From Schmidtea nova (Eukaryota): a stretch of DNA of 64,000 nt. The position numbers and the translations under genes were made by a program. Below are positions 33,575-48,260 of this stretch, piece by piece (within the stretch, counting starts at the first letter, position 1; each line of letters starts with the position of its first letter). The stretch spans positions 315,580,001 through 315,644,000 of the forward strand of contig CM097882.1 in the NCBI GenBank assembly GCA_044892505.1. Direction: 5' to 3'. The notes under the pieces are model-generated. The model had not been told where the DNA came from and did not search any database. It saw only the letters and a program-made list of their open reading frames with translations.

Positions 33575-35645
33575 ATACGATGAATGTACATGTAATCAAC
33601 AATAAATATTAATGTTTTATTCATTTTATAAAATCAATACAAATATTTATTTTCTAAAAATCAATACAGTTGCTAATAATGCAGTACTACAAAATGTCAA
33701 CTTTAAAATATTTTTGATGATTTCTTTTGCTTTTTGAATATCTTGCTGTTTTTTGCAAAGAGCTTTTAAAGTTTCCCAGTCACCATTTTTATTAATCCAT
33801 GGCATATTTCTTTATGAATTATCTAATTAATAGTTAACATTATTAAATTATTAAAACAATTACCTCAACAGACCATTTGAAATATTGATCATAAAAAGAA
33901 TCAGATCTCTCTGTACATGAAAGCCACTATGATATTTGACCATTTCATAGATGATTCAAAAAGAGGACAAAATACCATTTTAAAATTATAATCCTTTTCC
34001 CAAATTGATTGATGAATAAGAATACATGAATAATCAATCGGATTTTCTTTTGTTATATTCATTTGGTTCGGCTATATGAAATCTACGACTGAAATGTGAA
34101 ATAAAGTGGTTTCCGGAAGAATTGATCCGGTCACCACTCAATCCGCAGTCGGGACTCATACCGCCGCACCATCCGGACACGTTTAGGTTAAAAAAAGTGC
34201 CAATTCAACTAAATATGACGCAATATTTTTTCATTGGTTATAATTGGATATTATTTTGGTCAGAATGGTAAGAAAAAAAATTGGGCGGCCGGGGAAACTT
34301 GGTTTATATATAATTATGTAATCAAAAATATATTTTTGAATAACTTTTTTGTTTTTTGATATTTTTTGAAGCGGTAAAGAAATTTAATCTAATTAAATGA
34401 TTTGCAATTAGTTAATATTGGGTTGGTTGAAATCAAGCAAGTGGTTGTGAAATTGTGGGCCAAAAGAATTTGAAGTAAAATTAATATAAAATGGAATAAA
34501 TTTTTTCGTCTTTGATATTTTTCAAAAAAGTAAAAGGATTCCATCTAATTTAGCTATTTCCTATTAGAAAATATATAGTTTGTCAAATTGTGACAAATAT
34601 TTGAGCGGCTAAAAATTGTGCCAAAAATACTGTTTTTTGACCATAACTTTGTCAGATTTTGTGATATTCGACACTTTGATACCTTGTTCGTGTCTAAAAT
34701 TAAATTTCCAATCTAATGGTCTATAATTTATTGTATGAAAAATTTAAAGTTGCCCTATTGATTTTGCAAGTGGTCAAAATTGCCGAATAACTATAAATAT
34801 ACCAATTATTGAGATAACTTTTTTGCTTTAAAATATAATTATATAAAATTTTGAACCAACTTCTTCCAAATGTTATTCTGCATTATAATAATACCATTTT
34901 AGTCGCCTGCAACAAATATTTCATAATGTAAGCCGGTAAATTACCATTATTTGGCCGACGCTAAAACGGATGTGTCTAATTACTTTTTTGTTATAAATAA
35001 TAATTAAAATATTTTAACACCATTGAATTTGAAATAAAATTTAGAACCGATATCACGTGTCACTTTATTATTATATGTTAAATTAAAAAAAATATGTCGA
35101 AAAATGATAATATCGGTTACAAAATTTTCCCACCAGAGCAACATTTTGGCTAATACCTTTTTCTGTATAAATAATTATAAAATAGTTTTAGCACCAATAA
35201 ATTGCAAAAAAAATTTTAGGACTATAATTATATATAAAGTTTCAAAAAATATGTAAATTAAAAAAATATATAGTAAAAGTCAAAATCCCGTTTCCCAATA
35301 TTTTCCCTCCAACGCAACATTTTCATTAATAACTTTTTTGATATTAAACATTGCAAAATAATATTGACACCAATAGATAGATTATAAAATTTTGGAATAG
35401 AATTATATCGGATCATGTAAATAAAATCAAATTTTCATGGTTAAAAATCAAATCCCGATTGCATACGGTTAATTTGTTATGTAAAAAAGTCGAAATGTGT
35501 TTATAATTAATATATTTAAGTGTTTTCTTGTATGCATGTTATTTTAAGAGTAAATCTAGCTTTAACTTGTTACAAGGTCATTTTCTTTTTTATTTGACAT
35601 TAATCCATTAATTAACGATACAATAAATTTAGATTGATTCATGTT

Positions 35646-36060
35646 AATAATTACGATTAGTATTTATAAATATATCATAGTTTATATGAATGAAAAACAT
35701 ACATTTATTTCATGTAATAATAATAATTTATTTGGCATGCAATCCAAGTGCAATGGAAATGCAATACAAATACAAATGAAGTTCTTTGTTAAACGGACAT
35801 AGAAAAATTTTGGAATTGTCTTTGTTAATGGGTGTATTTCTTTGTTTCGATATAGGAATAATTACGGTTAGTATTTATAAATATATCATAGTTTATATGA
35901 ATGAAAAACATACATTTATTTAATATAATAATAATAATTTATTTGGCATGCAATCCAAATGCAATGGAAATGCAATACAAATACAAATGAAGTTCTTTGT
36001 TAAACGGACATAGAAAAATTTTGGAATTGTCTTTGTTAATGGGGGTATTTCTTTGTTTCG
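35646..36060. repeat. Tandem duplication of about 205 bp
   Basis: TAATTACG(A/G)TTAGTATTTATAAATATATCATAG... occurs at ~35648 and ~35859. Confidence 0.9.
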
Positions 36061-36077
36061 ATATAGGAAAATTTTTA

Positions 36078-36254
36078 TGAGTCATACATAGATGTACCAT
36101 GCAGATGGTCGCCATTTTGGATTACCTTGATGAGTCATTGTCTTTGTTTCAATGACCTTAACCTACTTTCAACTAATCAAATCGTAGGAAAATCGATGAG
36201 TCATCGTGAGCTCACGATCTTTGGATAGATGTAATATTCTGCAAAGATGAGTCA
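36078..36254. promoter_or_regulatory. Cluster of four AP-1-type TGAGTCA sites
   Basis: TGAGTCA at 36078, 36131, 36197 and 36248. Confidence 0.5.
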
Positions 36255-37122
36255 TCGTGGGCTCACTTCTACCTACTATTGATAATCCCCTCGCATATCG
36301 TTGAGACTCGACTTTGCTCGATGCACTACACTATTTGGTTCAGTTGCTGAGGATTTCTGGTTTGACTTAAGACATGAATTCAAGAGTCTCTTAATTATAT
36401 TTATCCTAAATTCGGATTGTTTATAATTAGCATACTTCGGTACCCCCGTCCCTCTTGTTGGGTTCGTGACTGATATTGATTACTCGGGTCAATTATTTTG
36501 GAAAGTTTTTGTTGTATCGCCGTACTGTGGCTAGCATATGTTTAAATCGTTTCTACTGTCCATATATGCAACCTCAAACCCTCCCCTTAACATATTTTCC
36601 CATTGTCGAAATTAAATCAAAATTTGTGAAACCCCTATAATATTTATTATTTAGTGAAACAACGCAATTTTGAGGTCATGGTGGCTTCTCCTGAACCTTG
36701 CGGCTCGTCACCACATAGCAATAGGTCATGAGGCGAAAGTTCATAAAACTTGTTAGGTAGAAAGTTTTCCTAAATAACTTCTGTTTGTGGATAGAATGAA
36801 TGCTGACATGCTAATTCTAACTCACCGATGTTCAAATAAACTAGACTATAAAATTTAAATTTATGCTTGCAATTTTACAATGTTCTGTTCGTGGAAGATA
36901 CCTAAACCAAAAACGAAAATTATGTCGAAAAATTTCTTATTTATTATTGCCAAATTCACTTTACAAATATATAAATCGGTTATATATGAATTCATAAACA
37001 CTAAAACTTCTAAAGAAATGATTTAAATTACAAATCATTATTATTACATTCGATACAAATAAAAATTAAAACCCAAGATAATCACTTTATTTTTCAACAA
37101 AAAATGAAAACAACATAACGAA

Positions 37123-37345
37123 GCGAATTAAATTACGAGTCGAATAGGGGATGTAATAAATTCCAAATCGAAATCATTGGGAGGTAAATATCCATCTGTA
37201 TATCCATCAAATATCTTGATTGACTAAAAAACTAGCGAATTAAATTACGAGTCGAATAGGGGATGTAATAAATTCCAAATCGAAATCATTGGGAGGTAAA
37301 TATCCATCTGTATATCCATCAAATATCTTGATTGACTAAAAAACT
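37123..37345. repeat. Tandem duplication of about 110 bp
   Basis: AGCGAATTAAATTACGAGTCGAATAGGGG...AAAAACT occurs twice. Confidence 0.9.
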
Positions 37346-40300
37346 GAAAAAACGTAACCGGAATTGGAGATTGTTAATGCGATTTACCAACAGAATAAGA
37401 TTTAATGGTGAGATTCCAGTAATCTAAAATTAGAAACTGAAATCGATAATGATATAGAGCAACCTGCTATAATAAACGACGGCCAATGATAACTCGGCAT
37501 GGCTAGTAAATTTTCAGTTCTACAAAATATTTAAAAATATAATTAAAATTGAATTTAGAAATCTATATTGTATAATTAAAATATAAAATATCCTCATTTT
37601 GGATTTAAATCCACATATTCTTAAGTTTTGTTATATAATTTTATATCCATCAATTTTCTATATTAAAATTAATGGTAAATTGGGTAAAATTTAAAATGTT
37701 GAGTTTAATGTCACGCGCATTTACAAATTGATATATTTTTCCTTTTTACCTCTGGTGCAATCTATGTACTAAAACACAAGAAAATGCTTTTAATTAAATC
37801 GTGACCTACAATTAGGTGCGGCTCGTACCACGTTTATTTCAGACTCTATTATTCGGGTTGTCCTACCCTATTAATTACATCCAAGATTAATACTACTCAC
37901 TATATACGATACTCGTGCACTTTAATTAACTATAAAAGAGAAATACAACATTACGCAAAAATAGATTCATATTTTATTACACAAGTTTCTTTCGTGTTTT
38001 GGTTCATTTTGCCGTGCCAACGATTTCTCTATTGTGCTTTCGTGGCGTTGCGATCTTACCAATCACATGAAACTTCTCCGGGTTGTATCTGTTATAAGAA
38101 ACTCTCCGGTATCTTGGCACTGTACATTCCAGACTGCTGAAATATGTTGGTAAACTTTGATAATCGCAGTCAACAGGTATCTGCCAATTTTGGCTATCCT
38201 ACGAAACGATTTGTTCATTCCGACGTTCGAACCACGTGAAATCTGGCGCGTAATTCATTTTATGCTCTCTTTGATGAAGATGTCGTTCCGCCCGGCCAAC
38301 CTTTAGATATGGGATCGGCGATACAATGGTTGAAGTCAGGACGAGTATTGACTCCACAATACCCTGCAGAGACTTCTTGTATAGACACGCTTGATCAGTT
38401 GCAAGCTGCGATTGGTTATCCCTCTATTTAATATATAAATACGTTTTATAGCAGTACGTTCTTTTGACTTACGTCCTTACTTTCGTTTGTTTATTCTATG
38501 CGCTACAAAAACCGATAACCTGAGCTTTCCTCTCAATACTACTTCCTCGTTAACTGAATTAGGGATACATATATCAGGTTTCCGGTTATTTTAACATTAC
38601 ATATTTCGCATTCACTAATAATTTGATCTACTCGCAACGGGTTGTCCAAATATCCAAATGAAATCTAATGCACTGTCTGTCATCAATCCAAGTCGACTTG
38701 CTGATTGCTTATCATTTTCCTACAATTTTCGTCTCATATTTCTAGAATGTTCTGATTTATCACTTGCATGATTAGACAGTAGAATCCGTCGTTTATTTTG
38801 TACAACTCTTAGTGTAACGTTCGTAATTTTGAAAATTTTTGACAAAACTCGAACTATACGACATACCCGTGCCCGAATTACAATACAAAATTACTATACA
38901 AATTACGAAAATTACTATACGAATGTCTCAGGTTCCAACATTTCCTTTTACCTCCGCTCTCAGACCTTATTCTCCTAAATTCACAATATAATTTTGAGGG
39001 CGAGCATCAGGATCCCAGTTCTAACTCTTCGATTTGGTGATTCTGATGCATCGGGAACTTGTGGCTGGGTAGCCTACAGAGCTCAGCCTAATGCAATTTA
39101 TTTTCGGGTGAAATATATTAGGGATTAAACAAAATAAAATTTATTTCGTTTCCACGAGATGATATACAATTTCAGATATCAAACAGCCAAATTATTTGTG
39201 ACTAAACTGATTGCAAAATGGTTAGAGTAGCTGGTTAAATATTGGTTTACAGTGAAAATAAAGGGTTGTTAAACTTACTTTACGGGTTCTTTATATACTT
39301 ATTTTCTGTAACAGTCAACCAATAAGAATTGGTCCGCACATCAAAATTGGTAACTTTTGATTTTCCCCAAGTGTTTTTGGTTATTTTAAACTAATTTCTG
39401 ATTTATTTTATTTTTTATTTTTTATTCTTTCTCTTTAATTCCTTTGTATTTTTTACTACTATTTCACGTTTATTTTTCTTAGCGTCGTTTCTATCTTTAT
39501 TATTTCGATATTTTTAATTTCAAGGCACATTTTTCGATTTTTCTAGTTCAATTGGTAAATACCATATTTATTCACAAATTTTTTAACTATTTATATTACT
39601 TTTCGCAAAACATTTTTATTTTCCTCTTATATTCACACTCTGAAAATGTAATTAGTCATTACTGATCCGTTTGCTGATGCACAGCAGATTCATAACATAA
39701 CCATTGCTGATCACACACAAAACGAATGCAGATCTAAGGCTGATTTCATCAAATTCTTTTCAGGTGCATTTCAGAGTTTTTGCTCTTATATACGCCATAG
39801 TATACTCTGCTGAAGCATTGTCGATAAATTTCAGGTCACTTGCAGGAACAATACAGACTCCATTCAGACCCATGCAAATACTTGTAGATGCAGTTTGTAT
39901 ACATACTCTCCGCTTTCCGCGATGGGCTAATGTAGTGATTTTATATATAAATATGTTTTGTTTAAAAGAGAAGAATTTATATGTGTAGGGACATTTATAA
40001 TTAGTTTCTGTGTATTAGTTTCTGTATAAAATTTATGAAATATAAATAATAAAGAATTACTTCATTTCTTATTTTAAGTAGTAAAAATTTCATCCTTCCC
40101 ATAATATTAAATAAAATTAAGTAATATTAACTGTGTGGGCGGAGGAATGGGCATGTTAGGTTGGTTCAGTGAGTAACGACTAACACGAAATATCTGACTC
40201 CACAAGATATTAAATTAAAAATGATACTGGTTGTTAGTAACAATATTTATCAAAAGTAAATAACGAATGTTTTGTGAAATATTTATTTAAATGATATTAT

Positions 40301-41899
40301 AAAAATGAATTATAACAAGAAAAACAATTCCCAAAAATAAAGGTATTGATTGTATGTACTTACCACTAATCAACCTAATATAGAATTAAGTGGCGATAGA
40401 TCCGCGCAAAGATAACAGGAAAAGATTTTTTGAGATAATCTAAATTTCCACGATCACAGTCAACCAAGAGATCGATTGACTCGTTTTTATTACAGTATTT
40501 TCTTTGATTTTAAGTAAAGCTGATTGGAATAGAATTGTATCAAAAGTAGATACTAGTACTCCGTTATATTATGAGTTTAGGAATAAAATAGTATATTAAT
40601 AAACACTAATATTTTTACATGTTGGGTTGACCAATTAACCAGAGAAGATCCAAAATTTAGGAACAAATACAAATAAACGTACCAGTAAAATAATGTAACG
40701 CCTAGAATGAGGTATTAAATCTGAAAATAAAATTGGAAAATATACTCAACATGCATCCAATTTATAAAATAAAATCAGAAATCAGAAGACCCGAGAGGGA
40801 TAAGGAGAACCTACAATAAAATTAACATAGATTAATAAAATAAAAGTACTTGTAATTGGTTTCATTAACTGAACTCCGATCCAGTAAAGCGGAAACCTGA
40901 GATATAAATAAAATTACGATACATAAACATAAAAAATTTACATATTTTCAAAACATAGACCAATTCTGATTGGTCCAGTAAGAAAGCCGATCAATATAAA
41001 TACTGAGACTAAAACCAGTTAAAAAACACCAAAAAACAAACATCAAACTAGTCTACTAGACGAACTAAAGCGACAAAACGACTACAACAATTTTACGATA
41101 TCGCGATTAGATTTGATTGAAAACTTGAAAGAACTACGTAGTAATTTTTAATTTTTTTGTATTTATGTAAATTTGTCCCATGCTTTTATTCATTAAATGT
41201 TTTTATTTCAATTTAGTTTTCATTTATTATCTAAAATCAAGAGGGCGCCCTCTGTGGCATCATGCCGCGAGGGTGAAAGCCGTATGGGTGGGGCTATTAG
41301 AGCTGCACGGTATGGTGAGTGTTTTTAATAAACTTTGGCTAAAAATAGCCGGGAAATGTGGAGGGTGCACATGTGGAGATATCGTAATAAACATGCTATA
41401 TGATTCTATTAACCGGGGATGAGGGGTAATGGTGGTTGATCCGGAAAGGAGAGGATAACCGTGGTGTCGGCGAATATTTCAGGAACAGGGCCATAACATT
41501 CGATTCTAACGACAGTGATTCGACTTGTGTACAAAGCACGAGTCGTATTAGTCACTCACATTACTACAATAAAAGTCAACACAGCAGTAAACTTTTTTAA
41601 ATATAAAAAGTTCAATCAAAACAACAATGTTAAATATTTATCGACTCTGCTGGGACATGCTCAAACGAGAGGAGTGTAGATCACATATGGATGTCCGAGA
41701 AAACATTACTGAGATTTGAGGTTGGCCAGAATAGTACAAATTACATTTGATCACATCTCTTTGGATAATCGACTTCCGGAGCTAACTGATTACTTTGTGA
41801 TGCAGGAAAAATCCAAGCGTGAACCACTGTAGTAAAGACAGGCATCCACCAGGAGTGAAAAGAAATTATTCTATTACATAAATATGATCAATGTCTCGA

Positions 41900-43480
41900 A
41901 ATGGTACTAGGTCAAAATGTCTCTGGACAAAATGCCCCTGGTCAAAATGTCCCAGACAAAATGTCCTAGGTCAAAATGTACCAGAAATATAAATAACAAC
42001 AATAAAAACTAAATTTAAATAATTTATTATTATTTTATTTATCATATTTATCATATTTATTAACTTAATTTCGTGTGTGTTCTACACAAATTAATAATAT
42101 GTTTTGTTATTTACCAAAGCTAAACAACAATTTAAAGAATCCAAACCCGTTCGCATAGTTTTATACCAGTTAAACGACGTTAATGTTCAGAATACGCGAA
42201 ATGTCTGTTAGGTATTGCAGATGATCACGATTGTTGTAATCAGATACCACTGTAAACAATGCATCATCGATTCTTTGATACAATTTCTTTTTTCCGGTTG
42301 TGGATGACCAAGCTCTATCATCTGACTACGGAAAACGGTCATACTGTGCTATTCCATTTGCAGCTTTCTTGCAAGATTAGCAGGTGAAAAATGTGCGATG
42401 CATTAAATGCATTATGTCAACCTTCGACTGAGTTGTTGCTTCGAGGAAGCTTATTCACAATTCGATCTAATTGATTCCAGAGAGCAATGGCAAACCTCGG
42501 CTGAGCTCGTGTGTTTCTTCTCGTTTGACCAATAAAGTTATCTTAAAAGTAGTCAATCAGAGAGTCCAGATCACGATATCCGTCTTCTTCGATGAGAGCC
42601 TCGTATACCTCAATTAGATTGTCCTGTTGCACAAATGCCAAAGCCAAGAGACGTTGGACTTTGGTTGCAAATGCAGGATCATTGTTGTAAGTTGCAACAA
42701 GTCCATCAGCTTGTAATCAGCGCCATATTCATTGCTCGAAGTGAAACATGCACCCTGTCACGATCATGTTAGGAAAATGATGTTGAAATGCTTTGATGGC
42801 AGCTCCTTCAAAATCTGTAACGATGGATACAGGATTTAATCCAGTTGTCAAGGCAGTAAGTCGAGTAAGGAAGTGACGGTAAACATCGTCTGCTCGTCCA
42901 GGCAATGAAGCGTAAACACAAGGAAATACGCGATCACGGACTAAGTCATCTGATCGAAGCCTCTTGGAGTTACACGAAACTTACCATCTGTCAACCAGTG
43001 TGTACAACGACTGAGAAATTGAAGATCTATATCCGCTGCAAGCATTAGCATTTCGTCTTCTTCGATGCGTAGAAAATCATTTCCTTCTTGAGTCATTCTG
43101 TATGGAGTTATTTCGTCTTCAATATTTCTTGTGCGAATACGATGATGTCGAACATCACGAGCTTTGATATTTCAACTGGAACTTCCATAACTGTTGGTTG
43201 GAAGATACATCTAGTTGGCTCTTCTGTTTCGCGTGCTTGTCGTTTCATAGTTGATCTTGCTGCCTCTACAGTTATTTGTCCATGTTTTGCAGCATAATCG
43301 TGATCATCGGTCTCTTAGCATCATTTTGTGTATGAATTCTCATGCCATAACTTCGATCTTCACAACACCAAATTTCTTTTCCATTACTGCCGTCTCGGTG
43401 CTTTGCGAATAAAAAATTTCCTACAACGAGTTTTCATGTTTGTTTCTGAGAAGTCATAAATTCTAGCATGGTTTTCATAT
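41900..43480 (-). mobile_element. MULE/Mutator element remnant with FLYWCH-MULE transposase pseudogene
   Basis: GGTCAAAATG/GACAAAATG subterminal repeats at 41908-41980; manual translation gives GCMFHF, DYFxDNFIG and LPRSNNSVEG with many stops. Confidence 0.8.
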
Positions 43481-43678
43481 AATAATAACTGTTTAAATAA
43501 AATTTATTATACTAAAACAATTCAGATTTCAATAATCTGTTAATTAAATTATTACTTAAATCAATTAGAGGTTGAATGTTATTGCTAAATTTAATCGAAA
43601 TCAACTTACTAAAATACACATATTTTACAAATATAAATGGTGTCAAATTTTTCGAAAACTCAGATATATATATATATA

Positions 43679-44433
43679 TGTTTTTGTTGATTTATGTATA
43701 GTTACTTTTGTTAAAAAATGTTATTTCTTTTGTATGTTTGTGTATGAGAGGAAATTATCTAAGAGCCCGAGAGAGTCTTACAATATCAGTGTGCAGACAC
43801 TCGGGGTGTATGCTGTGTAATTAGGTGCCTGTATGTGGTGTACGAATTTACAATAGTTAAAATAAAGACTGAAAACAAATAAACAACTTTCAGCAAACAA
43901 CTCTATTTTTAAAACAAACAGTTACTCACGTATCCTGAGTACATTGATAGGGAAAAGGTAAATTGATGTATTGCTGATTTGTTTCACAATAGATTAAATT
44001 GTTGTATGGCTGATTTGTTTGTAAATAGATTAAATTGTTGTATGGCTGATTCGTTTGAGAATTGAGTAAATTGTTGTATTTAAATATCAACAGGTTTGAT
44101 ATGTTTGGATAAAGCAATGGATAAAGTAATGGATGTTAAACACTATGTTAAGTCAGAACATATAATAATAGAAATTGTCAGATTAATGTCGAAAATAATT
44201 AAAAAATCAATATTCCTAATTTTTTTAATTTGGCTTACTATAGCATTATATACTATTAGTAAGCCAAATTCAAATTTTAAACTAAAATTATAATTAAAAT
44301 AATAATCTACATGCACGCAAATAAAAAGGGGGTTCCCCGGTGACCGCAAGGGCACCAACCATTATAATGCCGGCGCTAACAATGATAATAACAATAATAA
44401 TCATAAAAATAGCAACTAGATATAACCTTTACA
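43679..44433 (-). mobile_element. 3' LTR of a Gypsy element
   Basis: PPT AAAGGGGGAAG precedes TGTAAAGG on the minus strand; distal end abuts (TA)n; ~38-bp internal repeats at 43960-44080. Confidence 0.85.
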
Positions 44434-44599
44434 TAACTTCCCCCTTTAAAACCGGAGGTTAACATTTGAACGAAAAATTTACAGATTACCAACGTAAATT
44501 TTAAAGATTAACCTATTTTTAATGTTTTTTTTGTTTTGTTTTACAACCATTAAACAATAAAAGTTACAACATTACACAAAAAATAAAAACTGTACAATT

Positions 44600-47500
44600 A
44601 GCTATGTTGTGCATGTGTTTTGCTTGTGTGTATTTCTTTTTTTATTTAAAGCATTCGCTGTATCGTTTTATGTATAGGAGTGTGATTATTGTGTCTTTGT
44701 CGAACAGTATTATTGAGTTTTTGGAGTTGAATGAGATGTGTTTGTGGTTTGGTTGTGTTTTTGTTTGTGTCGGCGCTTTTTCTTTTGTGGGGTTGTTTGA
44801 GATGTTTTGATTGTTGTGATACGGTTTTATTCGTCTTAGATTGATTCTTGTTTTGATTTTGTCTTTTATTATTGTTGCCACATTTTTGTTAATTTTCAGT
44901 AGTTTGAATGGGCCTTCGTATTTTAGTTCGAAACCTCGAAATGTAGTCTGTCGTTAGAACTACTTTTCCATCCATTTCGGAGTTCGCTCTCTTTTTTAGG
45001 ATTCCTTTTAATTTCTTTTCTACTCTTTCGTTGTTTGTGTTGGTTGTTTGTTTGTTTGTTTCTGCGTTTTCTGCTGTGTTATTTTTAAGTGTTGGGAGAT
45101 TTGATTCTCTGCCAAAGACTTTGTACGAAGGGCTTTCGTTCGATCGAGTTGGGAGTGTTCCTTAATCCTAGTAAAATTATCGGAAGTTCGGACAACCAAT
45201 TTATGTCGTTCGCTTTGGTTCTGATACTTTGTTTAAGTGTTCTATGCAGTCTTTCGACTTTTCCATTCGCTTGTGGGTTGTAAGCGGTTGTTCGGTTCCG
45301 TTTTATTTCGTATTTTTTACATAGAGCACTGAATATTTCTGATTCAAATTGCCTTCCTTGATCTGTTATTAGTATTTTGGGTTGTCCGTAGCGAGCTATC
45401 CAATTTAGCTCGATGTTGTTACATATATTCTGTGCGGATATTTCTTTTAATGGGACAATTTCGAACCAGTTTGTCTTTCTGTAGATGATTGTTAGTAAGT
45501 AGTTGTACCCGTTGTTTGGTGGTAGCGGTCCTACTATGTCAATGTGAATCCACTCGAAAGGTTGACTGCTTGGAAAGTTTACTTTTTGTGCAATTGGTTT
45601 TTTTTGATATTTTGCTGATTTGGCACTTTTTGCATGTTTTGACGAAATCTTTGATTTCTTTCCTCATGTTTTGTCATATGTATTTGTTGTGGATTATTTC
45701 ATAGGTGGCTCTGCTTCCTGGATGACTGATGTCATGTATTTTCGAAATACACGTTTTTCTAAACTCTTTTGGTAAGAGTATTCTTGGTGTAGTTTTGTTG
45801 CTGACATCGTACCAGAGGTCACTTCTTTTCTCTAGTTGCAGACTGTGTTTTATTATTTTAAGGTTTCTGATTGTTTGTTTTTGATATGTTCATTTTCAAT
45901 CAGTTCGTCAAATTCGAGTGCATTTATATCTGTTCCTATTCTTGAAAGGGTATCTGCTGCAATGTTTGCGGCTCCGGCTATATAATTAATTGTGCAATTA
46001 AATTGTGATATATAATTTAATTGTCTTATTTGTCGTGGTGATGGGTTTTTCATTTGTATCGCGTTTGTTAACGGTTTGTGGTCCGTATAGATTTTGAAGT
46101 TTCTTGCTTCCAGTAGGTGCTGGCAGTGTTTGATGGCTTCATGTATCGCGAGTAGTTCTCGATCAAAGGTTGAGTACCGTGTTTGATGTGTTTTTAGTTT
46201 TTTTGAGAAAAACCTGATTGGTTGTTTGTTGTATTCGTTATCTTGATATAAGGTTGCGCCCATTGCATATCCAGAGCAGTCTGTTGCTAGGTTGTAGTCC
46301 AGTTCTGGATTTGGATATCCGAGTAATGTTGCTTGAGATAAGCTTGTTTTTGCTTTTTCAAACTGTTTGGTTGTTTATTCGGTCCAGTTTATTTTAATAT
46401 TTCTTCTTGTTTTGATCAGGTCGTTTAATGGAGCTAACATTTCGCTGCAGTTAGGGATGTAAGCATGGTAAAAGTTTACCATTCCCAAAAATCGTCTTAA
46501 CTCTTTGTTTGTATTTGGCAGTTTGAACTCTTGTATTGTGCTTTTTTTCTTGTCTATTGGCTTTGTGCCTTTTTCGTCCAGTCTGTGTCTAAGAAAAAAT
46601 TTTTTTTTTCAAAAATTCGCATTTTTGAATGTTTATTTTGAGATTTGCTGAGTTCAGCGTTTCAAACAACTTTTCTATGTCTTTTAAATGAATAGTTTTG
46701 TTTGGACTTGCTATGAGTATGTCGTCCAAATATGCTATGGTGTTCTGATTATTTTTCAGAGTCATGTCCATAAAGCGTTGAAATGTTGCAGCTGCATTTC
46801 GCAAACCAAATGGCATTCTGTTGTATTCGAACATGCCAATTGGTGTTATGATTGTTGTTTTTTAATGTCTTCGTTCCTGATCGGTATTTGGTGATTAGCC
46901 TTCTGTAAATCTATTTTTGTGAAGAGTCTTGCACCTTTTAGTCTTTTTATTATGTCTCTGTCGATAGGCAGTGGTTAGTTGTCTGGTTCTGTGATTTTGT
47001 TGAGCTTTCGGTAGTCACCACAAGCTCTCCATTCCCCGTTTGCCTTTTGTTTGAGCATGAGTGCAGAGGACCAATCTGAGTTCGAGTGAGTTACTATTTT
47101 GTTTTCTAGTAACTCCTTGAAAATTTCGTTTGTAATTTTTGTTTTTTGTGGATCTAGTTGTCTCACCTTTGCATGCACTGGGTTTCCGTTTTTTATAATT
47201 GCATGTTCGGTTGAGTGATCCGCGTTTTTGTCGAAGGTTACTGGTTCGATGAGTTTTTCGAATTTTCCCAGTAGTTTATTTATTTCAGGGTCATGATTCA
47301 ATTTTTGTTTTTGTTTATTGTTAGGTAGACCCGTTTGAATAACGCCTATGTCTATTTTTGAATCGGTTGTTGCATGGTTTTGACTGTTTCTTTGTCTGTG
47401 TTCGTGTTTTCAGTTAATGTTTTGTTTCGGCAGTCTACTGTAAGGTTGTAGTGTGCCGGAAAGTCAGCTCCTATTATGGATTGTTGAACATCAGCGATTA

Positions 47501-48260
47501 TGAATGTCCAGCTGTATTTTTTTTTAATTGATTGTTAAAGTTAGTGTGTGTTCGCCAAATGTTTTAATGTTTGTACCATTTGCTGCAGTTAAATGTTTTT
47601 CTGCGTTTTTTGAGTTTTTGTGCCGGTGATGGGGTAATAAGGATATCACAGAACCTGTGTCAATTAGAAATTCTGTGTTGTTTGAGTGCACCATGAATGT
47701 ATTGTTTTTGTCACCAAATGTCTGTGCTATCATCGGTGACATTTTTAGTTTCCATGCTCTGTTTTATTAAATTCGCAGGGTTGTACGCATTTAAATGCTT
47801 TCCCCCCGAATTTATTGTGGAAATAGCAGAGATTTTTGTTTAGGTAATTGTTTCTTGAATCTCTTTCTGGGCTTATGTTTCGGTAATTGTTGAATCGATT
47901 AGGGGAGTTTGACCGATTTCTGTAATTGTTGTTTGGTGATTGACTTCGGCTGTAGTTTTGTCTATTGTATTCTGAAGGTTGATTGTGGCATTGTCTGTTT
48001 TGACCGTCTGATGGTTGGTCTCTGTTGTAGTTGTATCTGTTGTAACTATCGTATGATTGGTTTGAGTTAAGGTTTTGTTTGTTACATCGTTCTTTTATTT
48101 CGGCTAGTTCAGCTTTTATTTGTTTGTTTTCGACTTATTTCGTCGAATTTGCCGATTAGGGTGTTCATTAGTTTGTTCATGTTTTCGTTTTGTTCGGTAT
48201 TTTTGTTGTATGAAGGGTTATTGTAGTTTGTTTTGTTTTTGTTGTAGTTTTGGGTGCTGA
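44600..48260 (-). pseudogene. Gypsy gag-pol remnant (PR, RT, RNase H, IN), frameshifted, 5'-truncated
   Basis: FLIDTGS, WRACGDYRKLN, MPFGLRNAAATFQ, YLDDILI, ELLAIH..TDHKPL. Confidence 0.95.

Noticed and set aside
38000-38850. Degenerate coding-like stretch
   Set aside because: Too many stops in all frames to assign a product; probably an old retroelement fragment.
40700-41320. LTR-like promoter segment (CCAAT, TATAAATAC, GC-rich hairpin end)
   Set aside because: Ends, TSD and PBS could not be defined, so it is not listed as a feature.
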